Assembly: GCA_963833985.1 (NCBI GenBank)
Contig: CAWIAD010000002.1
Coordinates: 1,472,001-1,536,000 of the forward strand
Direction: 5' to 3'
DNA: 64,000 nucleotides
DNA from: an uncultured Planctomycetaceae bacterium
GTDB taxonomy: Bacteria > Planctomycetota > Planctomycetia > Isosphaerales > Isosphaeraceae
Below the pieces are notes generated by a model. The model did no database searches, was not told where the DNA came from, and worked only from the letters and a program-made list of their open reading frames with translations. A program made the translations under genes and the position numbers. Below, in pieces: positions 56,463 through 64,000 of this stretch (its first letter is position 1; the number at the start of each line of letters is the position of its first letter).

Positions 56463-57272
56463 ATGTTCACCGACCTGAACCTGGCGAGACGTCTGGAGGA
56501 GGCTGAGTCGTTCGCGGCCGAGGCGTGTGCTCGTGCACTGTCCCGTCGTGACCCAGCAGCGGACGTCGCGATCGAGGACGTGGCTGGCGGCCGTTCCGTG
56601 TTTATGGGCGTCGGCTCGCCGCTCACGGAAAGCAAGGCGATCGGTCTGCACGGCCCCGTGACCGAGGCGGACCTCGACCGCATGGAAGCCGTCTTTTTCA
56701 GCCGGGGCGATGCGTCACGAGTCGTGGTGTGCCCGCTGGCCGACCCTTCGCTCATCGACGGACTGGCAGGGCGCGGTTATCGGCTCGCTGGCTTTGAAGA
56801 CATCCTGGCCCTGCCCCTTGGCCATGACGATTCTGAAGATTCTCAACTTCCAAATATCGACATCCGTCCAATAGAGTCGAAGGATCACGACCTGTACGCG
56901 CGGGTCGTGGGCCCGAATTTCGTGGGACCGGGCGGCTCACTGGAGGACACCCTCAGTCTGATGAGGACGATGCTCGACATGGAGCACGCCAGGCCATTCC
57001 TGGCGCTCATGGAGGGTGTTCCGGTCGGCGGCGGCGCGGCACTCATCCACGAGGGGCTGGCACTCCTGGCCGGTGCGGCCACTCTTCCGCCGTTTCGCAA
57101 TCGGGGGGTGCACGCCGCCTTGCACCACGCCCGGATCCGGGTCGTGCGCCAGTCCGGGTGTGACCTTGCCGCACAGGGAGCACAACCCGGCAGCACCTCC
57201 GAGCGCAACGCCCAGCGGCGGGGCTTCCGGGTCGTCTACACGAGAGCCCACCTCGTCAGGGCCCTGGTCTGA
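56463..57272 (+). CDS. GNAT-family N-acetyltransferase
   Basis: ATLPPFRNRGVH acetyl-CoA motif; SERNAQRRGFRVVYTR. Confidence 0.8.
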   Translation: MFTDLNLARRLEEAESFAAEACARALSRRDPAADVAIEDVAGGRSVFMGVGSPLTESKAIGLHGPVTEADLDRMEAVFFSRGDASRVVVCPLADPSLIDGLAGRGYRLAGFEDILALPLGHDDSEDSQLPNIDIRPIESKDHDLYARVVGPNFVGPGGSLEDTLSLMRTMLDMEHARPFLALMEGVPVGGGAALIHEGLALLAGAATLPPFRNRGVHAALHHARIRVVRQSGCDLAAQGAQPGSTSERNAQRRGFRVVYTRAHLVRALV

Positions 57273-57435
57273 CAGTCTCGCTCGGAGGGCCTGTCCTGGC
57301 AGCGAGCAGGCCGTGGTCGCCCAGGGGAGCGGCGGTCGCGGCACAAGCATGGTGTGGACGGACGCATCTCGTTCGCCTCGGAATCTCCGGTTGGAACCGT
57401 CTGCCTGCTCTGCGAGGCATGGTCCGTGGGCGACT

Positions 57436-58287
57436 CTACGGCTGCCGGCTCGGGAGATCAATATATGCTCCCTGCACAAGCTGCTCCGCTCTGATGCCGA
57501 GGCGGTTCATCAGGTCGAGCGCGATGGCCTCTCCTTCGGCTTCGGTCTGGTCGGGGCGAAGCACGACCTCCAGCTCCACGAAGTCTCCGAGGTTCTCCAC
57601 CTGGTCGAGATGGATGCGCGTCTGGCCCGCGCGGTAGACCCAGCGCTTCTTCGTCACGGTCCCGGCCACGGGCAAGACCCGCGCGAGGATCGCCTCCAGC
57701 GCCTCCGGGTTCGTGGTGGGAGCGATGAGATAGCGAGAGACCTTGGGCCCGCCGAGATCCGGACGCTCGTAGTGGATCAATTCGCCGTACGCTCCTTTCA
57801 GGCGGCGCAGCTTGAGACGGCCCGCGGGCACGGCGAAGAAGACGTCCTGCTGATCGAGGCACTCCACCGGGCCCTCGCCGAGCGCGGCCGCGGCCGACTT
57901 GAGACGCATGAAGTCGTCCACTCGCGCCTTGATCTCCACGTTCCGGGCGGGCTCGGTGCCTGGCGACTGCTCGTCGGCAGGCGGGTCCCCTGCGTCCGCG
58001 GGCTCACCCGGGGCTTGCTGCCAAGGCGCGCCAGGGGACACGCGCCAGGCGTGCCAGCCCCTGGGCAGATCGGCAAGATTCTCGAGCGAGCCATCGAACT
58101 GGATCATCTCGCCCAGCAGCACGGTGGTCCCGTCCTGCTCGAACACCTGCTCGCCATCCAGGAACTGCCAGCCGCCGTCCTCGGCATCGTGAGTCACCAG
58201 TAAGAGCGGTGCCACGCCTTGCAGGATGCGCTCCAGTGTCAGCACGACCGTTTCCGGGGGATCAGCAAACCGCCAGTCCATGATCAT
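57436..58287 (-). CDS. DUF2185/Imm33-like domain fused to a CYTH (class IV adenylate cyclase/triphosphatase) domain
   Basis: N-terminal VTHDAEDGGWQFL...LADLPRGW; C-terminal NVEIKAR (ExEK variant), QQDVFF, RLKLR, KKRWVY, IHLDQVENLGDFVELEV, AYIDL. Confidence 0.78.
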   Translation of the reverse strand: MIMDWRFADPPETVVLTLERILQGVAPLLLVTHDAEDGGWQFLDGEQVFEQDGTTVLLGEMIQFDGSLENLADLPRGWHAWRVSPGAPWQQAPGEPADAGDPPADEQSPGTEPARNVEIKARVDDFMRLKSAAAALGEGPVECLDQQDVFFAVPAGRLKLRRLKGAYGELIHYERPDLGGPKVSRYLIAPTTNPEALEAILARVLPVAGTVTKKRWVYRAGQTRIHLDQVENLGDFVELEVVLRPDQTEAEGEAIALDLMNRLGIRAEQLVQGAYIDLPSRQP

Positions 58288-58483
58288 AGTGCATCTCCTT
58301 TATGTAACTTCGAGGCGCTCGCGTATGACCGTCGGGCGGGCGCGGGGGGCGAGATGCGGACACAGTGGGCTGCCTGATCGCCGCAAGCCTCATCAGATTC
58401 CGCTTCCCAGAATCCGGACAAACGCTATGGTAATGCCGTGAACGGCCTGCTCGCCATTCATAGACTCATGGAGGAGTTGAGCG

Positions 58484-58696
58484 ATGAAGAGAACAATCGG
58501 CCTTGCGGTCGCGGCCGCGGCGTTGCTCATGGTTGCGGGATGCAGCGGACTGCACGGCAAGGATAAGCCGGTGAAAGACCAGGTTCGACTGCCGGGTGCG
58601 CCCCCACTCGAGGGAAGCCCGACGAGTGCTGGCATCCCGGGAATGCAGGGTTCAGTGCCGCAGATCCCGCCGGCCCGCTCGGTCGGCTCCAACTGA
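58484..58696 (+). CDS. Small lipoprotein
   Basis: GGAGGAG RBS; MKRTIGLAVAAAALLMVAGC lipobox. Confidence 0.6.
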   Translation: MKRTIGLAVAAAALLMVAGCSGLHGKDKPVKDQVRLPGAPPLEGSPTSAGIPGMQGSVPQIPPARSVGSN

Positions 58697-58760
58697 TTTC
58701 CGCGGGAATGCCGCCAGATCATCGGCCCGCTCGGGCGTTCAGCGTGCCGGCGCGGGATGG

Positions 58761-60106
58761 TCAGGAGTCTGCCTTGCGCACCTCCATGGGCTGACTCCGC
58801 AGCCCTGACGGAAGCCGGGCCACAAGCGGCCGGAGGGCGGAGGATTCCTGAAGCCGGTTGCCCGCGGCGTGCAGCAGCCAGCCCAGGGCCACGGCGGCCA
58901 CGGCGTTGGTGACGAGCACCGCCAGCGCCGTCGCCAGGAAGGTCAGGGCTTCCGCGCGCCTCATCCGTGGCAGCCTGCGCCAGGTGCTCCATTCCAGGAG
59001 GGTGAGACCGACATAGACGGTCACGCCCGCCAGGGCCGCCATGGGGATCATGGCGATCAGCGACCCGCCAAAGCATGTCAGGCCCAGCAACACCAGGGCG
59101 TGGATCAGGATCGACAGCCGGGTGCTGCCACCGCAGCGCACGTTGGCCACGCTCCGCGCGGGGATTCCCACGCTCATCGGCGCCCCGAAGGCCCCCGCGC
59201 ACAGGTTGGCGATGCCATAAGCGCCCAGTTCGGCGTCGGCATCGGCCGGCGCAGCCCGCGATGGCGGCCCTGGAAGTGCTCGACCACGCGTGAGGTGATG
59301 AGCACGTTCACGGCGGTGACGACGGCCAACCCCAGGGCGGGCGGCAGGATGAGCGTCAGGTCGGCCCGCTTCCAGCTAAACTCGGCCACGGGCGGCAGGC
59401 TGAAGGGGACCACTCCCACGGCGGGCCCGCGCCAGCCAAGGCAAAGGCCGGCGGCCATCGCCAGCATGACGCCGGCCAGCACCGACGGCGAGCGCGGCCA
59501 TCGCCTCGCCACCAGTGTCGCGACCACGATCACGATGCCGCCGGTGACCAGCGGTTCGCGCTGAGCCAGGGCTGCCTGCCCGAGCACGCGCCCCAGTTGC
59601 CGGAGCGAGTTCTCCGATGCCGCCTCGGTGCTCGCGGGCAGGCCGAGCAGGGTGCGGAGCTGGAGAATGACCATCATCGCCCCCACGCCGCAGGAGAAGC
59701 CTGAGACCACGACCTGTGGCACGCGCGCCATTTGCCGGCCGAGTCGGAGCACCGAGAAGATCATCAGAAACACCGACGCCGAAAGGCAGACCTTGGCCGC
59801 GCCCGCGGGCCCCTCGGCGGCGACCGCGGCCGCGATGAACGGCACCGTGGCACTGGCCGTGCCGCCGATGAGCACGGGGTTCCTGCCCAGAGCGGCGGTC
59901 ACCGGCGCGGTGAGGATGGAGGTGAACAGGCCGAGCACGGGCGGCAGGCCCATGAGCCGGGCCATGGCCAGACCGTACGGCAGCGCGATCAGGGCGGCCA
60001 CGGTGCCGCCCGCGGCATCACCCGCGAGCGCACGCCAGCCGTAGCCACCGCGCCGCCTTCGCTGTGGTCTGGCCTCTGAAGACGCAGCGGTCTCAGACTC
60101 AGGCAT
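58761..60106 (-). CDS. SulP-family anion transporter without a STAS domain; frameshifts near 59180-59245
   Basis: GDAAGGTVAALIALPYGLAMA, GL.TSI, VVSGFSCGVG, GIPARSVANVRCGGSTRLS, IPMAALAGV. Confidence 0.8.
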
Positions 60107-61253
60107 TCATGACCCGTGTGAACGCCGCCCGGAATTTGGCCATCTCGTCGCGCGTGCCGATCGTGACCCGGACATGATGGGGCAGGGACGGCCAGACGCG
60201 GCCGATGGCCACTTTTTCCTTGAGCATGGCCTGGCCGAACATCCGTCCCGGCCGCTTGACGTCGATCATGAGCATGTTGGCCTCCGAGGGCATGACGGGG
60301 TAGCCCTGCCTGTCCAGCCACTCCGCCGTCTCCTCGCGGACCTCGGTGATGATCTTCCGGCGCTTCGGAACCAGATCCTTGACCCGCAGGCTGGCGATGG
60401 CGCCAACCATCCCCGTGACCGGCAGTGCCCCGGCGCCATACCCCTTCAGCTTGTCGAGCAGGTCCGGCCGCGCCAGGGCCGCACCGGCACGCAGCCCGGC
60501 CATCCCGTAGAGCTTGGAGAAGGTCCTGAGGATCAAAACATCCTTCCCCGTGGCAACCAGCGGCGTGCCGGGCTCTGCGTTCTGCGAGAGGTGGATGTAG
60601 GCCTCGTCGAGCAGGATCACCGCCCCCTTGGGCTTGTTTGCCACCAGGTACTCGATGTCCTCCTTGCGTGTGATGGAGCCGGTCGGATTGTTCGGATTGC
60701 AGACGTAGATCAGCCCGGCCTCGGGGTCCGCCTGGGCCATCGCCTGAACATCATGCGAGGCGTCCTTGCGGAGCGGCACCTTCACCGTCCGGGCGCCGAT
60801 GAATCGCGCGGCCCGCTCGCCGGCCTCGTACCCCGGATCGGCCACCACGAAGCTTTTCGTGGGGGAGGTGAACGCCAGGACCGCGCGATGCAAGGGGTCG
60901 CTCGAGCCGGCGAACGGCACGACGTGGTCTCTGGGCACGCCCTCGATCTCGGCCAGCAGCGCGGCGAAGGCGAAGGTCTGTTCGTACATGTAGCGCCCGC
61001 CCTGCTGGACCACCTGGCGAATGGCCTCGGCGGCCTCGGGGCAGGGCCCCATGGGGTTCTCATTGGCGTTGATGCGGACTGCGTCGGGAGGCAGTTTGGG
61101 TAAGGCCGAGAGCCCCTGAGCCAGCGCGGCCTCATTGTAGAAGGGCAGGGCGGAGCCCGCTGCCAGCAGGGCGGCCATGCGGCCAAGATCGCGCCGGCTG
61201 AAGCCCCGGCGAGCCAGCTCCCGACGCTGCTCGGGACAGAACACTTCCTTCAT
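60099..61253 (-). CDS. HisC-like class I/II PLP aminotransferase with a Tat signal peptide
   Basis: FSRRDLGRMAALLAAG...ALA signal; NANENP, CNPNNPTG, DEAY, RTFSKLYGMAGLR. Confidence 0.88.
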   Translation of the reverse strand: MKEVFCPEQRRELARRGFSRRDLGRMAALLAAGSALPFYNEAALAQGLSALPKLPPDAVRINANENPMGPCPEAAEAIRQVVQQGGRYMYEQTFAFAALLAEIEGVPRDHVVPFAGSSDPLHRAVLAFTSPTKSFVVADPGYEAGERAARFIGARTVKVPLRKDASHDVQAMAQADPEAGLIYVCNPNNPTGSITRKEDIEYLVANKPKGAVILLDEAYIHLSQNAEPGTPLVATGKDVLILRTFSKLYGMAGLRAGAALARPDLLDKLKGYGAGALPVTGMVGAIASLRVKDLVPKRRKIITEVREETAEWLDRQGYPVMPSEANMLMIDVKRPGRMFGQAMLKEKVAIGRVWPSLPHHVRVTIGTRDEMAKFRAAFTRVMNA

Positions 61254-61576
61254 CGCGGCTCCCTTTCCAGGAACAGGGCGGGACTTGGTGGCAAGACTGG
61301 CTTATGGAATCGCTTCGCTCCGGATGGGGAGCGGGCAACGCGGGCGGGTGGGTTCCCGGGAGAGAAGGAACAGCCGAATAACCCCGCCATGTCAGACAGT
61401 TACATGAGCAAGCATGGAGTACGAACGGAGAGTGCCGAGGTTCAACCTTCCACGCGAGCTTGATTATAAGAACGAAGGCGCGAATCGTAAACTCTCCCGC
61501 CAATTTTTCAGGGGCCATCGCTTTTGGGGCGACTGCACATCGTCCCGGGCCCTTGCCGGCGGCACTGGAATGGTGC

Positions 61577-62592
61577 TCAGGAGAGCCTCAGAGCACGCAG
61601 GGCCTCCAGAACACGGGCGTGCGAGCAGGCACTCGCGACGATGACGCCGCGATTCGCCGTCAGTTCCCGGCCGTGCTGAAACTCCAGCGGGCGGCCCGTG
61701 ATGTCGGTCACGGTTCCTCCGGCCTCCTCCACGATCAGGACGCCCGCGGCGTGGTCCCAGATCTTCTCGCGGTAATCGGCCCGGGTGGGCATGCGGAGGT
61801 AGATCTCGGCCTCGCCTCGGGCCACGATCCCGTACTTCGCCTGGCTATCCATCCGGATCGGCGGCAGCGTGATCCCCAGCCGATCGGCGATGGCGGCCGA
61901 GTCCCCGTGGGCGCTGTGGCCGGACTCGACCGATTCACAGAAACGGAGCGTCTCGGGCTCGGACTTCTGGCTGACTTGCAGCGCCAGCGATGCCGGACCC
62001 GACCCACGCCCGGGCTCGAGCGCCAGGGCCGTGGCGCCTTGGCCCTTGACCGCCGTGAAGATGACACCCCGGCCCGATTCCACGCCGTCCGGCGCAACGG
62101 GCAGATTGGGGCAGGCCAGAGCTCCGACGACGATCGTCCCGTCGACGATCAGGGCCAGGGCCACGGCATACTGCTCGTTGCGGAGAAATCCCTTGGTCCC
62201 GTCGATCGGATCGATGGTCCAGAAGCGCCGGGAATACGCGCTGGTGCCGCCCCGATCGATCCATGCGCAGACGTCACTGGCAGCGGGCCTGGGTGCGACG
62301 TCTGGCGCGCTGGCCAGCACGTGTTTGACCACCTCGTCCAGGATCGCCGCGTTCTCGGGCCGCTTGACTCCAGGGCGTCTTCCTCGGCGATGATGGGGTC
62401 GTCCGGAAAGGCACGCCCGAGCGCCCGGCAGACGATCGCCTGGCTGCCGAAGTCCGCCACGGTAACCGGGCTCTTGTCCTTCTTGTCGAGAACCTCGGGG
62501 TTCACCGCGGCCCGAACGGCAACACACAATCGAGCCGCCTGACGAACGGCCTCGACGGCCACGGATTGTTCATGCTCGTAGAGGTTGTTCAT
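61577..62592 (-). CDS. 3'(2'),5'-bisphosphate nucleotidase, HAL2/Met22/SAL1-type; frameshift near 62370
   Basis: KDKSPVTVADFGSQA, AEED, WTIDPIDGTKGFLR, CESVESGHS, DSQAKY, YREKIWDHAAG. Confidence 0.88.
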
Positions 62593-62902
62593 GGGTGCTC
62601 CGGATTTGCGTGCGCGCCCAGCACAGTTCCAGACGCGTGGACGGCGTCGAGCTGAAGCCTGTCACTCAGAAAAGACTTTGGATTGCTCGCCCGGTTTTGT
62701 CAATAAACCGGCCAATCCGTGCAGGCCGCTCTCGTCCGATCCGCACATCCAGGCCGCGGGCCTTTCGCGTCGAGTTGCCTGCCGCGGATTCTGTCGTAGC
62801 TTGATCAGAGAGGACCCTGCTGTTGCCTGTGGCACGAGCTGATCGTGTGCGGCGCCGGGTAAGACCCTGCCGGATGACTTCGAGGCCGAAGGAAGTTCAC
62901 AG

Positions 62903-64000
62903 ATGTCAATCCATTGCGACGGTTACTTGCGAGCGGCACTGACGAGGTCGCGCCGCGTCTCGAAGCCCCGATCACGGCGTCTCCAGCGGCTCGTGCCGGA
63001 GGTTCTGGAAGATCGGCAACTCCTGGCTACGTTCACGGTGACGAACCTGCTCAATTCCGGAACGGGCTCGCTGCGCTGGGCGATCGTGGCGGCGAACGCG
63101 CAACCGGGGCCGAACACGGTCGACTTCAGTGTCGCGGGGACAATCCCGGTGAGCCGAACGCCGTTACCTGCGCTCTCCGGCAGGATGATGATTGACGGCA
63201 CCTCGGCCCCTGGATATGCCGGAGTGCCCGTTGTGACCATCAACTTCCACGGCAGCCGCGGCCTGACCTTCAATGGCGGCTCCAGCGGCTCGGTCCTGCG
63301 GGGGCTTGCCCTGGTAGGCGCCGGTACCGCGGGCGTCACGCTCAACGCCGGCTCCATCACGCTCCAGGGCAATGACATCGGCATCCTGCCGGATGGCCGG
63401 GCCGCTGGCAACCTGGGGGACGGCGTTCGCATCAATGCCTCCTCCACCGGCGACCTGATCGGCCAGACCGCTGCCGACACGGTGTCGGCCGGCCTCATGG
63501 CCAGCTTGCAGGTGAGCGCCAGCTTTCAGCTCTCGAACGTGATCAGCGGAAACCGTGGCAACGGCATCGGGATCTACGGCGGAGCCTCCAATCAGATCGC
63601 CATGAACTACATCGGAACGGACGCCAGTGGCACACTCAACCGGGGCAATGGCGCCAGCGGCATCCTCATGACGCAAGGCGCGGCGGGGAACCTGATCGGT
63701 GGCGAGGCGACCGGCGGCAACGACCCCACCGCCGGCGTGTTCGTCCGGCCGCCTGAAGGCAACCTCATCTCCGGCAATGGCGCCGCCGGGGTGCTCATCA
63801 CGGGCGGGGCCACGCAGAACCAGTTGAGCGGGAATTTCATCGGCACCACGGCCAACGGGAACGCGGCACTGGGCAATCGGTGCGACGGCGTGGCCATCCA
63901 GGGGGCCAGCGGGAATGCCCTGATCGGCTGCCGGATCCAGCAGGACCCATTCGTCTTTTACAACGTGATCAGCGGCAACGGCGGCAACGGCCTGCGCATC
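62903..64000 (+). CDS. Large extracellular beta-helix protein with a planctomycete LEDRxLL N-terminal signal (partial)
   Basis: My translation: MSIHCDGYLRAALTRSRRVSKPRSRRLQRLVPEVLEDRQLLATFTVTNLLNSGTGSLRWAI..., then repeated NVISGN/NYIGTDASG/GN motifs. Open to the window end. Confidence 0.88.
   Translation, partial: MSIHCDGYLRAALTRSRRVSKPRSRRLQRLVPEVLEDRQLLATFTVTNLLNSGTGSLRWAIVAANAQPGPNTVDFSVAGTIPVSRTPLPALSGRMMIDGTSAPGYAGVPVVTINFHGSRGLTFNGGSSGSVLRGLALVGAGTAGVTLNAGSITLQGNDIGILPDGRAAGNLGDGVRINASSTGDLIGQTAADTVSAGLMASLQVSASFQLSNVISGNRGNGIGIYGGASNQIAMNYIGTDASGTLNRGNGASGILMTQGAAGNLIGGEATGGNDPTAGVFVRPPEGNLISGNGAAGVLITGGATQNQLSGNFIGTTANGNAALGNRCDGVAIQGASGNALIGCRIQQDPFVFYNVISGNGGNGLRI

Overview
GC-rich bacterial DNA, most likely Planctomycetota and Isosphaeraceae-like (inferred from the LEDRxLL extracellular signal at the right end, an ASPIC/UnbV remnant and the intergenic repeat style). 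It is an accessory and metabolic mosaic. Contents: ldhA, an rbbA-type exporter, a large carbohydrate block (sugar porter, AraC and XylR regulators, aldo/keto reductase, Zn-dependent dehydrogenase, two GH29 fucosidase-family enzymes, a GalT-kinase-mutase-GalE operon), stress-type genes behind sigma54-like promoters, PtsP, a hybrid-kinase/partner-switching/diguanylate-cyclase cluster, an ExbB-ExbD-ExbD motor, a Y1 (HUH) transposase followed by repeat arrays, a sugar ABC transporter, and the start of a large beta-helix surface protein. At least 11 genes carry single-base frameshifts, several in homopolymers, which are probably long-read errors. The best candidate for an undescribed system is the Leloir-like operon at 21604-26705. 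Its kinase lacks the galactokinase C6-OH-binding residues and resembles plant L-arabinokinase (ARA1), suggesting a bacterial L-arabinose to UDP-Ara to UDP-Xyl route. Other leads are an orphan double-glycine leader peptide, a 37-bp periodic array beside the transposase, a REP-carrying MITE family, and several unusual domain fusions. All family assignments come from motif recognition by eye; no database search was run.
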